Positions 38,221-47,947 of a stretch of DNA of 64,000 nt are shown here, one piece after another. The first letter of the stretch is position 1. Every line of letters starts with the position of its first letter. The notes under the pieces are model-generated. The model worked only from the letters and a program-made list of their open reading frames with translations. It was not told the origin of the DNA and ran no database searches. The DNA comes from a virus (Duplodnaviria > Heunggongvirae > Uroviricota > Caudoviricetes): the IMG/VR virus record IMGVR_UViG_3300010356_003454, positions 72,820 through 136,819 of that record. One strand, given 5' to 3'. The translations under genes and the position numbers were made by a program.

Positions 38221-40626
38221 ATGAAAAAATTATATTTAGTGATCTACATTTACACAGATTACAGGAATTACAAAATTGGAAAAGCTGCTAGATATGCATC
38301 TTCACCCGAAGAAGCAGCAAAAATTCGTATTTCGGAACAAACTACAGCAGCTACTTATGGTAATTGGAAATTAGTAGATGTATTGGTGATTTCCAGAGAA
38401 GGCCTAGATCCTTTATTTGTAGAAGCATATATTCATAATCGGATACAGGAATTGGGATATGAAAGACTTCATCGTAATGTCCAGTTTTCAGAAAAAGATA
38501 TTAAAGAAGGCCTTTCAGAATGGTTTAATTTTAGAAAACTTAATGAATTTAAGGTAAAGCGTCTTATACGCGAAATTTTTTCTGAGATTAATCATGCATC
38601 AGGCCAGAAATTTTATATCCCAAGATTTTATCAAGCTCTGGTAAAGGCTATTACTTTAGATAAAATAGAATCTGGATTAATGGAATCGGATTCGATAACA
38701 ATAGCATTGGAGCTTGCTCCGAGATTTGGAAAAACCCTATGGGCATTAGATCTATTTAATGAGTTAAGATATTTAGGAATTAATGTTTTGATCCTCCCAA
38801 CTTTTGTATTATCCTCGACTTCTTCTTTTACTAAAGAGATTACAAGTTTTGGTGATTTCGAACATTTTTATCTTTTGGATTCATCGGATTCAGAATTTGA
38901 TAAAAAACTTAAAGAATCGAAGGAATCAGGAAAGATAATGGTTATTGGGGTTTCTATGCATATGTCAGAGGATTCTTTGAAAAAATATAAAAAATCAATG
39001 AGCATCATTAGCAAAGATAGGATTATGTCTATTGTCGATGAGGCTGATTTTGGGGCTCATACAGAATCAAGCCGGGAAGTTTTGAATGCGGTAGATTCAA
39101 AAATAACGCTTTTGATGACGGGTACTGCTATTGAAAGAGCTATCAAAGGGCTTGTATTTATCCAAAATAATATAATTATTTGGACTCAGACAGATATGCA
39201 AATGGTTAAAAAGGGAACTCATCCTATTCTTCAATATATTGGGGATGGGGACAAACAATTTTCCAACAGGGTTAATTCAGTTTTGAAAAAATATACAATA
39301 GAAGAAGCAAAAAAAAGCTGTGCTAATCTTCCAGAAATAGAAATGCTTAAATTAAATCTTTCAAATATTTCTATTTTGCAAGAAATGCAGGATATTGAAT
39401 TAAGAGGTAAATGGACAAAAATTCTTACTGATGTTAATCAGAGCAAATCTATTATAAAAACAGTCTATAAGGGCCTTTTCGATTTCCCGAATATGGAATT
39501 TGATAATCCCGATCTAAAGAATATGAGCAAAATTTATCTTCGGAAAAAATGCAGGTTAGGAGTTACTATGATTTTTGGAGGATTTCCAAACAAAAAAGAG
39601 CAAAAAGCTTTTGTAAAATTCCTTCAAACCATACTAGGTGATAATTTTGAGGTTTATGAAATAAATGGAGATGTAACTACAAATAAAAAAGCGGAAGAAA
39701 AAGCAAAAAGAATTATCGCCAAAAATAAATTAAATAGGGAAGAAGGAGTGGATAGACAGATAATCTTTGTTTCCAAGGATATGGCTTCTCGAAGTTTTTC
39801 AATTTCCGAAATTGATACTGTAATACTTATGTATGACAGGGGAATGATCAATTCAACCGCCCAGAAAATCTCAAGGGCATTTACTCCTGGTAATAACTTA
39901 TATGACGAAGAGAAATTGGTTTCACACGTCGTTAGTTTAAGCCTGGATGCATCAAGAGAACACTGTCCTATTGATCTTTACATAATTCAGGAGGCAGCTA
40001 GAATTGGGGAATATGATCCAAATGGATCTATAGAGGGTCCAATTAAGAACGTAGCTTCCTGCTATAATATCTTCCAGAATACAGATAATGGATTTCTCCC
40101 AATAGAAATGGATGACTATTCCCAATTCTTGATTGAAGGAGCAGGATCTGATTTATTAAGAATTGCTAGCTCAACAGTAGATGTATCAGATCTCGGATCC
40201 ATAATTCTTTCGATGGATCAGGAAATGATAGATTTTTTGGATCTTGCATCTCCTAATGGGTCTAATAAACAAAAATCTAAAGGCAGAACGGAGATATCTG
40301 TTAATGAGGTGAAGACCTATTATAATAATCATAGAGGTCCAAATGATGAAAAAATAAAAACATTGGAAGAAAAATTATCAGAAGTTCTCAGAGATATTAA
40401 CTATTGTGTGCCAGATTTAGTTATGCTTGATGATTATAGACATGATAATATTTCGGATATAATTGGAAATCTCTATAATATGCCTGAAATATACAAAGAT
40501 ATTGAAGAGGATTTAGGTTTTTCTATAGTCCTTGCAAAATATTTACTTCCATATCTTAATCATAGACTTCTTAATACAGCAATAGAAATTTTTATTAAGG
40601 AAGAGGATAAATTTTTCATTATATAA
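38221..40626 (+). CDS. T5orf172/GIY-YIG-like N-terminal domain fused to SF2 DEAD-type helicase
   Basis: N-terminal YLVIYIYTDYRNYKIGKA...EWF is T5orf172-like. Walker A is APRFGKT. Motif II is VDEADF. Motif III is LLMTGTA. Motif VI is QKISRAF. Confidence 0.55.
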   Translation: MKKLYLVIYIYTDYRNYKIGKAARYASSPEEAAKIRISEQTTAATYGNWKLVDVLVISREGLDPLFVEAYIHNRIQELGYERLHRNVQFSEKDIKEGLSEWFNFRKLNEFKVKRLIREIFSEINHASGQKFYIPRFYQALVKAITLDKIESGLMESDSITIALELAPRFGKTLWALDLFNELRYLGINVLILPTFVLSSTSSFTKEITSFGDFEHFYLLDSSDSEFDKKLKESKESGKIMVIGVSMHMSEDSLKKYKKSMSIISKDRIMSIVDEADFGAHTESSREVLNAVDSKITLLMTGTAIERAIKGLVFIQNNIIIWTQTDMQMVKKGTHPILQYIGDGDKQFSNRVNSVLKKYTIEEAKKSCANLPEIEMLKLNLSNISILQEMQDIELRGKWTKILTDVNQSKSIIKTVYKGLFDFPNMEFDNPDLKNMSKIYLRKKCRLGVTMIFGGFPNKKEQKAFVKFLQTILGDNFEVYEINGDVTTNKKAEEKAKRIIAKNKLNREEGVDRQIIFVSKDMASRSFSISEIDTVILMYDRGMINSTAQKISRAFTPGNNLYDEEKLVSHVVSLSLDASREHCPIDLYIIQEAARIGEYDPNGSIEGPIKNVASCYNIFQNTDNGFLPIEMDDYSQFLIEGAGSDLLRIASSTVDVSDLGSIILSMDQEMIDFLDLASPNGSNKQKSKGRTEISVNEVKTYYNNHRGPNDEKIKTLEEKLSEVLRDINYCVPDLVMLDDYRHDNISDIIGNLYNMPEIYKDIEEDLGFSIVLAKYLLPYLNHRLLNTAIEIFIKEEDKFFII

Positions 40627-40676
40627 TCGTTAACTTTACGAAATATTTATTATATTTAAGTATAAATTATAACTAA

Positions 40677-41942
40677 GTGAGTAACTTTAATAAATATTGG
40701 ACTGCTAGGGGGAACTCAAAAAAAGCCGAGGTTTTTACCCCGTCTTTTTTAGTCAGAGAAATGCTTGATAAAATTCCTGCAGAAATTTGGAGGAGTTCAG
40801 AAACTATATTTTTAGATCCTTGCTTTGGATCCGGAACATTCATAAAATGCATCATTGAAAAGCTAAGGGAATATGGACATAGTGATGAGAATATTTCTAA
40901 AAGGATCTGGGGAGTAGAAATTAATAGAAAATGGTATAATAGGGTAAAACATTTCAGGATTGGCGAGTATAATATAAGAAACATCTATTGTGTAGATGCT
41001 CTAAATACAAATATTTTAGATGGTATGAAGTTTGATGTAGTATGTGGGAATCCGCCTTATCAGGGGAAAAAATTAGGGGGTGGAGCTGGATCTGGAAATG
41101 CTATATGGCATAAATTTGTAGTAAATGCTTTTAATGCTCTAAAGGAGAACGGATACCTTTGCTTAATTCATCCTATAGATTGGAGAACTAATCTTTCGCA
41201 GAAAAAGATTGAATCTGCTAGGAAAATTTTGATGACGAATCAAATAGAATATTTAAAATTAGCATCAGCCCCATTCCCTGGTATAGGAGCTTATGTTGAT
41301 TGGTATATTCTGAAAAAACGTGAGAAAAAAGAAAATACTTTAATAGATTTTCTGGATTGCCAAAAAAATGTTTTTTTAGATAATAAATTATTTCCTCTAT
41401 ATTCTTATAACAGCGATACTGTAAATTCAATAAAATCGAAAGTTTTAATGGATGCTACAAATAATCTAAATATGAGGAAACCATTTCACGGGTTAACTAT
41501 ATTAGATAGGTCTAAGCCAAAAGGAAAATATAAATTTGCTCATGGAACCGGATATACAAAAAATGAATGGAAATATTATGATTATCCGCATATTCATCAA
41601 TATCATAAAAAGGTTATAATGTCTTCCGTTAGGATACCTAGAGCTATTTATGATGATGGGAATATAGGGATCGGGGATCATGTTCATTATATTTTGGTTA
41701 ATAATAAGGAAGAGGGGGAATTTCTAACCTCTGTGATAAATAGCAAGCTTGGTATATTTCTGCAAAAGATTTTCGTTACTACCTTTTGGGATGGCGAATC
41801 CTCTCATTGGAATAATCCATATCCAATCTCTAAATTAAAAATAGACAATAGGAAATTCGAATCGGATATAGAGATCTATGATTATTTTGGATTAAGTAAG
41901 GAGGAGAGAGAATACATTGATAAAGAACTAAGAACCAAATAA
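40677..41942 (+). CDS. N6-adenine DNA methyltransferase (Eco57I/gamma-class-like)
   Basis: Motif I is LDPCFGSGTF. Motif IV is CGNPPYQG. GTG start. An in-frame TAA lies immediately upstream. Confidence 0.65.
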   Translation: MSNFNKYWTARGNSKKAEVFTPSFLVREMLDKIPAEIWRSSETIFLDPCFGSGTFIKCIIEKLREYGHSDENISKRIWGVEINRKWYNRVKHFRIGEYNIRNIYCVDALNTNILDGMKFDVVCGNPPYQGKKLGGGAGSGNAIWHKFVVNAFNALKENGYLCLIHPIDWRTNLSQKKIESARKILMTNQIEYLKLASAPFPGIGAYVDWYILKKREKKENTLIDFLDCQKNVFLDNKLFPLYSYNSDTVNSIKSKVLMDATNNLNMRKPFHGLTILDRSKPKGKYKFAHGTGYTKNEWKYYDYPHIHQYHKKVIMSSVRIPRAIYDDGNIGIGDHVHYILVNNKEEGEFLTSVINSKLGIFLQKIFVTTFWDGESSHWNNPYPISKLKIDNRKFESDIEIYDYFGLSKEEREYIDKELRTK

Positions 41943-41950
41943 TTAAATTT

Positions 41951-42817
41951 ATGAATATTTTCGAATTTTTACTAACATCTATTTTAAACTTCATGGTTGG
42001 AGTGTTAATTGCCTATTATTGCACACGATTTTGGGCTATTAAAACAAGTCCTGGCAAATCTTTATTGGATCAGCTAGCAAAAGATACATATTCTTTTTTT
42101 CAGGAAAATGGGGGAATGGAAGTTAGCGAAAATTATGTATTTTTTCATGTTCATAATAATTTTTTATTAGATTCGATTTATGATTATTATAGTAAGGATT
42201 TTTTTAAGAAGAGAGATGAGATTCAAAGAAATACCGGATATTTGAATAAAAAATATAAGGATTTTTTTTATTGCGTAGATAATTTATATAAAGGAATAAA
42301 CCAATTTTATATGAGCTATAAAGCTCAGTCAAAATTAGCAGATCATTACAGAGAAGAACTTATAAATTATTTTTCGGGACCTAGTAAATGGGATATAAAA
42401 GTTCCATATATTCTTTATTTTTTAGACAAAATGACTGGAGAAAATGAGATTTTTAAAAATTTTAGAGAGAATTTTTTAGATTATTATTTAAAATTAGGAA
42501 AATATAAAGATGTAAATACCGTTTCATTCCAATATGATCCTCATGAAATGAAACAGATTTTAAATTTATTTATTTTAAATAAGGATTTTTTTAAAAAGAC
42601 TATAAAAGAATTGGAATTAGGAGTTTCTACTATAACTAGCGAAAAATCCTGCAGAAAATATTATAGATCTGGTGAAATAATAAAATTATTGGAGGATTAT
42701 GAGGATTGCAAAAATAAACTAACTAATATTGAATTAGATAATAAGAAAGAAATAAAATATCTTATAGGGAAGATTCGAAACCATAAGTTATATCAATCAA
42801 TAAATAGTAAAAAATAG
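41951..42817 (+). CDS. membrane-anchored hypothetical protein
   Basis: N-terminal TM helix. K/Y/F-rich. Confidence 0.35.
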   Translation: MNIFEFLLTSILNFMVGVLIAYYCTRFWAIKTSPGKSLLDQLAKDTYSFFQENGGMEVSENYVFFHVHNNFLLDSIYDYYSKDFFKKRDEIQRNTGYLNKKYKDFFYCVDNLYKGINQFYMSYKAQSKLADHYREELINYFSGPSKWDIKVPYILYFLDKMTGENEIFKNFRENFLDYYLKLGKYKDVNTVSFQYDPHEMKQILNLFILNKDFFKKTIKELELGVSTITSEKSCRKYYRSGEIIKLLEDYEDCKNKLTNIELDNKKEIKYLIGKIRNHKLYQSINSKK

Positions 42818-42840
42818 TATAAATTTCTTGAATATATAAT

Positions 42841-43056
42841 ATGGAAGATCGATGGTACACATATAAAGAAATCCTCCAATTATTTGGGATCTGTAAGCAG
42901 ACTCTTTATAACTGGAGGAATAATGGTACTATCGAATACAAAGAAATTACTAAAAAGACTTTCTTGTATAAGCTTCCAAAAGAGAAAAATATTCAAAAAA
43001 ATGGATTACAAGAAGATTTACGAATCGATAATAGCGAAAGCAAAGAGCGAGAATAG
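42841..43056 (+). CDS. Xis/MerR-like HTH DNA-binding ORF
   Basis: YTYKEILQLFGICKQTLYNWRNNGTI is HTH_17-like. The last 56 nt overlap the HNH gene in the +1 frame across an A7 run. Confidence 0.4.
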   Translation: MEDRWYTYKEILQLFGICKQTLYNWRNNGTIEYKEITKKTFLYKLPKEKNIQKNGLQEDLRIDNSESKERE

Positions 43057-43696
43057 GAATAAGGGAAATGGAATTTATTATGAATCTCATCATATAGTTC
43101 CAAAATGTCTATGTGGATCAGATACTAAAGATAATAGAGTTCTTTTAACGGCTAAAGAGCATTTTGTTTGTCATAAGCTACTGGCAAGGATTTATCCAGA
43201 TAGTAATGGTATACGATTTTCGTTCTTTTTAATGTGTCAATCCAGCGATAATCAAGAAAGATATCAAATTTCCTCCAGAGATTATGAATATGCTTGTGAA
43301 TTAAATCGCCAAGCTTGTTTGGGAAATAGATGGAGAAGAGGAAAGAAAGCTCCTCATTCGGAGGAAACTAAAAAAATACTAAGCAAACATTTTTCGGAAC
43401 ATCTACCAAAATATGCTTTTAAAAAGGGAATGATTCCTTGGAATAAAAATACATTAACAGAGGATCAGAAGAAATATATTAAAGAGCATACATTATCGAT
43501 GGAATATATTTCTAAAAAATTTGGGATATCCAAAAGACAAGCAGGAGATTTAAAACATGGACATATAGATGGAAAAAGATTGGGAGTTACTGAAAAAGAT
43601 ATCCAATATATCAGAGAGCATACTCAAAATTGTGTTCAAATAGCTAATAAATTTAAAACAACTCAGAGAATTGTGAGTATAATTAAAAATAGTTAA
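43001..43696 (+). CDS. HNH homing endonuclease
   Basis: YESHHIVPKCLCGSDTKDNRVLLTAKEHFVCH is an HNH motif. Confidence 0.6.
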   Translation: MDYKKIYESIIAKAKSENRNKGNGIYYESHHIVPKCLCGSDTKDNRVLLTAKEHFVCHKLLARIYPDSNGIRFSFFLMCQSSDNQERYQISSRDYEYACELNRQACLGNRWRRGKKAPHSEETKKILSKHFSEHLPKYAFKKGMIPWNKNTLTEDQKKYIKEHTLSMEYISKKFGISKRQAGDLKHGHIDGKRLGVTEKDIQYIREHTQNCVQIANKFKTTQRIVSIIKNS

Positions 43697-44143
43697 ATGG
43701 ACGAGATAAAAAAGAAGGAATTAGAGGAGAGAAGAAAGGCCCGAAGAAAAATCAGCGCGGAAGATTTTACTCCGATTGAATTAGTTAATGAAATGCTCGA
43801 TAAGTTACCTGCTGAAGTATGGGCCGATCCTAATAAGACCTTTTTGGATAACAGTGGAGGAAATGGAAATTTTGTTGTTGAAGTATTAAGAAGAAAATTA
43901 GAAAGGGGCCACGATCCTCTTCAGGCTCTGTCCACAATATATTCTGTAGAACTAATGTATGATAACGTTGAAGAGATGCATCATCGCATGTACTCAATTG
44001 TTAAAGATTTTCTCCATACTCAAGAAGATAAAGACAAGGCATTCAAAATAATCAAGGAGAATCTGGTCTGCCACGACGCATTGACCTGGGATTACGAAAA
44101 CTGGTGCTCACCAAATACTCATCACGCAGTTCCTCTTTTTTAA
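43697..44143 (+). CDS. methyltransferase N-terminal-domain paralog (lacks catalytic NPPY half)
   Basis: FTPIELVNEMLDKLPAEVW...FLDNSGGNGNF aligns with residues of the 40677 MTase (FTPSFLVREMLDKIPAEIW...FLDPCFGSGTF). The ORF ends before motif IV. Confidence 0.45.
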   Translation: MDEIKKKELEERRKARRKISAEDFTPIELVNEMLDKLPAEVWADPNKTFLDNSGGNGNFVVEVLRRKLERGHDPLQALSTIYSVELMYDNVEEMHHRMYSIVKDFLHTQEDKDKAFKIIKENLVCHDALTWDYENWCSPNTHHAVPLF

Positions 44144-44225
44144 CTACTCCTTAACGATATATTCTATCTATTTTTAAAACTATTATTTTATATCTTATAA
44201 TAGGGATATAATTTAAACTAATAAA

Positions 44226-44741
44226 ATGGAAAAAGTAAAAGTATCGATTAATGTAATGGTTCATCCTAATCTTGTTCCTATGATTGAAAAATTCAATAAG
44301 ATCGGGGGAATCTATGATAACTTAAATTCAGGTCTTTTAAGCGAACCCTTAATGCCTCTATTTCTATCCGAACATTTTGGAGAGCCTGTGGAGTTTATTA
44401 ATGGTAATGGAATAGATTACAGAACATCAATAACTGGAAAAACTATTGAAAATAAGGCACTAACTATGTCTAAAGGATCTTCGGATTTAAAAAATTTCGG
44501 GGAGGTAAAAGAGAATTCTGATTATCTTTCTATTTTTCATCCGGACGAAAATAGGTTTTTTTTAATGCCTATGAAGGAAGCTCAAAAATTTCTTATAAAT
44601 GAGGATATTACAAATAACAAAGAGCATGTCCCTTTCTGCAAAAATCTGATTCCTTCAAGCCGAATATCTAAGGCCTCAATTAATACTATGCATCTTTTAA
44701 ATCATTCCGAAGAAATAAGTCTTTCTTTATTGGATAAATAA
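44226..44741 (+). CDS. hypothetical protein
   Basis: ORF. Confidence 0.35.
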   Translation: MEKVKVSINVMVHPNLVPMIEKFNKIGGIYDNLNSGLLSEPLMPLFLSEHFGEPVEFINGNGIDYRTSITGKTIENKALTMSKGSSDLKNFGEVKENSDYLSIFHPDENRFFLMPMKEAQKFLINEDITNNKEHVPFCKNLIPSSRISKASINTMHLLNHSEEISLSLLDK

Positions 44742-44758
44742 AGAAAAAGTATCCCTTA

Positions 44759-45988
44759 ATGAGAGCTCGATTTGTACTTTACGAATTCGCTAAAAACAAA
44801 GATTCTAAATATTATGCTCCTGATTATCTTATACAGGAGCTTATGGATGCTGTTAACAAGTATGTTCCTCTCCATGAGATAGATCATATAGTTGAACCAG
44901 CTTCTGGCGACGGAGCGCTAATACCTTTTATTGATAAGATAGCTAATGCCTATAATATTGATACCAGCTATTATGATCTAAAACCAGATCCAGGCAATCC
45001 TCGTATTGAACAGCAAAACTTCTTAGACTATTCTCCAGAACCATATTTCAGTCCATCTAGGCTTGTACTCACAGGACCACCTTATGGGGAACCTGGAGCT
45101 ACAGCCAAACTATGGAAGCAGTTCGCTCAGAAGGCTTCAGAGGTGGCAGGATATGTCGCTTTTATCTCTCCGGTTACTTGGCTTGATGTGAAACATCCTG
45201 TTCCTCATCTAGAACTTATCTATCAGAAGGACATGGGGTGGGTTAAATTCAGGGGCAGCGAAGCTTTCGGCGGTGAAGACCATCCTGTTAAGACTGCTAT
45301 ACTTATCTATAAAACTATCAAAGAGCCACAAACTGAAGACTTTTCATTTATAGATAACGATTTCATTATTCAGGAGATCTATGGTCGTGATAACTTCAGG
45401 AATAGAAAATACGATTATTATATTCTCTCCTGGGGCCGTGATTCAGGCAGAGTTAATACCTCAGGAAGGTATCCTGATGGCCGACTATTTTCTAAGGCAA
45501 TTGGAATAAAGGTCTTGGATGAGGCTCGTAGGGATGATTTAGAAGCGTTTTTAGAGACTTTCGAACAGGACTATAAGGATAAGATCGCCAGATACTCAAT
45601 TACAACAGCTAATGTCTTAAGTGTGCCTCGTTTTAAGAGATTTCTCGGAAACGCTCTATATTCGGGGATGAATGAATCTATAGACTTCGAAAGAGAAGGG
45701 AATCCATACGAGAAATTACGTATCGGTCGTAAGGTAACAAGGCCTTATCCTCAAATGAAGCCGAAAGAATTTTTTCAATGGTATCAGTCTGAGGCCTTTC
45801 CATATTATGATTCCGATGAGTTCTCTTTTTCTAGCGTGCTTTCAGATCTTGTTAATGACGAGGAGTCTACAGATGAAGAACTTCGAGAGGTATGGACTGA
45901 AGAACTTGATGTTCCAGAAGAAGTTATAGATAAACTATTACCTATGCGGGGTTATTTCTTAGATTTCCGCTATATTCAGAACATATGA
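44759..45988 (+). CDS. MRAR-leader protein with methyltransferase-like fold (non-canonical GPPY) and C-terminal FERG module
   Basis: Leader MRARFVLYEF. Motif-I-like EPASGDGAL. TGPPYGE sits where NPPY would be. A C-terminal FEREGNPYEKLRIGR...RPYPQM...MRGYF module is paralogous to the 46607 C-terminus. Confidence 0.5.
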   Translation: MRARFVLYEFAKNKDSKYYAPDYLIQELMDAVNKYVPLHEIDHIVEPASGDGALIPFIDKIANAYNIDTSYYDLKPDPGNPRIEQQNFLDYSPEPYFSPSRLVLTGPPYGEPGATAKLWKQFAQKASEVAGYVAFISPVTWLDVKHPVPHLELIYQKDMGWVKFRGSEAFGGEDHPVKTAILIYKTIKEPQTEDFSFIDNDFIIQEIYGRDNFRNRKYDYYILSWGRDSGRVNTSGRYPDGRLFSKAIGIKVLDEARRDDLEAFLETFEQDYKDKIARYSITTANVLSVPRFKRFLGNALYSGMNESIDFEREGNPYEKLRIGRKVTRPYPQMKPKEFFQWYQSEAFPYYDSDEFSFSSVLSDLVNDEESTDEELREVWTEELDVPEEVIDKLLPMRGYFLDFRYIQNI

Positions 45989-46617
45989 AACTAGTACCAG
46001 AACATATAGATGAGGTAATGGGCTTCCAAAGAGGAATAGATCCTAAGGAGGCTATTGGTATAGGAAGGCTAGCGAATATACCTAGCGAAAAGATCCGTAA
46101 TGCTTTTGCATGTGTCCGCAATTATTCTCTTGAAGATCTTGAGGATATGTATAGAAGGATTAGAGCTAAATCTAATATCTCTCTTGATGGAGTTCCTATA
46201 GAGAAATTATCTAATCATGAATGGATAGAATTTAATAATAAAGTTGTTAATGGTATTAAATCTCTTAGGAGAAGAAAGGTAAAAGCGGTCTCTCCATTTG
46301 GAGAAGGCGATATCCTAAAAGTAGTTCATCACGGAAGGACTTATTTTGGAGTTTATGATGGAATAGACAAACATGGGAGGATTAAGGCAAAGGGGAATAG
46401 GGCTAGATTAGCATTTGGCTTAGACAGATATACTCTCGCAACTCCGGAAGAGGCAGAAGCTTTTAGAAAAGAAGCAATTGAAAGAGAGAAACAGAGATGG
46501 GATTTGCAAATTCGCCGAGTTAAAATGCTGCTTTCAATGGGATCTGCTAAACCGGAAGATCTAGAAAGACTTATAAGAGACTATAAAAATACATTCCGAG
46601 AAGATTATGAGGGCTAG
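45985..46617 (+). CDS. FERG-leader family protein
   Basis: MGFQRGIDPKEAIGIGR. Confidence 0.5.
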   Translation: MKLVPEHIDEVMGFQRGIDPKEAIGIGRLANIPSEKIRNAFACVRNYSLEDLEDMYRRIRAKSNISLDGVPIEKLSNHEWIEFNNKVVNGIKSLRRRKVKAVSPFGEGDILKVVHHGRTYFGVYDGIDKHGRIKAKGNRARLAFGLDRYTLATPEEAEAFRKEAIEREKQRWDLQIRRVKMLLSMGSAKPEDLERLIRDYKNTFREDYEG

Positions 46618-47293
46618 AAGAGTCATAGAATCTATCAATTTCGAAAGGGGAAAGGATCCTAAAACAGTTATGGATATAGGAAGGACTAAATATGCGTTTC
46701 CTGTCGAAGATATTATTTTCAGAGGGGGAAATGTAATATCTCCTGAAGAGGGCGATAAGTATTTAAGGACAGTTTTACCTAGGAGATTGAAGAGCGTTAT
46801 ATCCAGGCCAGGTGCAGTTTGGAATTACCCAAGATTCAAAGATGGCCTTCATTATGCAGATGCTAAATGGATCATGAGACAAGGCTATAGCGGAATTAAA
46901 TATAAGGGAACTTTTTATCCATTTCCTAAAATAGAGGGATTTGATTTCCAAAGGAGCGGTGAAGAAGAAATCGATGAATCTGTAAATTTCGAAAGAGGAA
47001 AAGATCCTAAAAAGGTTTTACGTCTTGGAAGAGTTCGTCCGTATCCTGATATGACTGTGGAACAATTCCAGAGATGGTTTAGAGAAGAAATAGTTCCTTA
47101 TTTAGATGATGATGGTGAACAGGCTATTGTAGATAATCTATTGATGAATGATTGGGAGGCTGATTGGGAAGTAGCTGAATATTTAAGGGGAAGGCATCTG
47201 TCGCCGGAGATTGTTGACGATTTAATGTATATGAGGGGCTACTTTAATGACAGAGAATATATAAAGAGACTATTTGACGAAAAATTATTTTAA
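46607..47293 (+). CDS. MRAR/FERG-leader protein with two FERG modules
   Basis: N-terminal MRARRVIESINFERGKDPKTVMDIGR. Internal VNFERGKDPKKVLRLGRVRPYPDM...MRGYF. Confidence 0.5.
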   Translation: MRARRVIESINFERGKDPKTVMDIGRTKYAFPVEDIIFRGGNVISPEEGDKYLRTVLPRRLKSVISRPGAVWNYPRFKDGLHYADAKWIMRQGYSGIKYKGTFYPFPKIEGFDFQRSGEEEIDESVNFERGKDPKKVLRLGRVRPYPDMTVEQFQRWFREEIVPYLDDDGEQAIVDNLLMNDWEADWEVAEYLRGRHLSPEIVDDLMYMRGYFNDREYIKRLFDEKLF

Positions 47294-47296
47294 GAT

Positions 47297-47941
47297 ATGA
47301 AGCTAGTAGCAGAATCACTTAATGAGGCCTTAAATGAGGGAGCTCTTATAAAATTTGGAAGAAGCACGCAGAGTTTGAAAGAGGAGTATCCTATTTTCAA
47401 GAACTTATCTGTTGCAATGATACTTGAAGCTCTTCAGAGAGTGAATTCTACTCATTTTACAGGAGGAAAATTAGATTTATTCAAGTTCTATGACTTTATA
47501 AAGAAATTTAGGGGATATACTAAATCCTTTAATGATATGAAGGAGGTTATGACTGAAATCGCTCCGGTTTTAGGTATTGTGGATCAGATTCGCTTTTCTA
47601 GAGAGGAAAGGAGCGAGATTAAATTTAAAGAGAAAGCTCTAAATGGAGAGGTTCCTATAGAGTATTTTGATGAGGCTGAGATTCCAGAGGATACTATAGA
47701 AGATGAGGATTATGTTGTTAGAAGCATGGGCGGGGATACTGAACCCGCTTTCTATAGATTTGATAGAGAACTTAATCAGAGAGAGCGAAATCTATTAAGA
47801 GTATCTTATGCCCTTAATCATGGTAATCCTGAAGTTAGCACATGGAGAACTTATCTTGGTGCAGTTCCGGCTAAAGTAGGATTTGTTCGAAGAAATAATA
47901 GAAGTTTTGATTATACAGCAGGACTTGCAAAAAAGAGATGA
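47297..47941 (+). CDS. MKLVAESLNE-leader family protein
   Basis: MKLVAESLNEALNEG. Confidence 0.45.
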   Translation: MKLVAESLNEALNEGALIKFGRSTQSLKEEYPIFKNLSVAMILEALQRVNSTHFTGGKLDLFKFYDFIKKFRGYTKSFNDMKEVMTEIAPVLGIVDQIRFSREERSEIKFKEKALNGEVPIEYFDEAEIPEDTIEDEDYVVRSMGGDTEPAFYRFDRELNQRERNLLRVSYALNHGNPEVSTWRTYLGAVPAKVGFVRRNNRSFDYTAGLAKKR

Positions 47942-47947
47942 TAAAAT

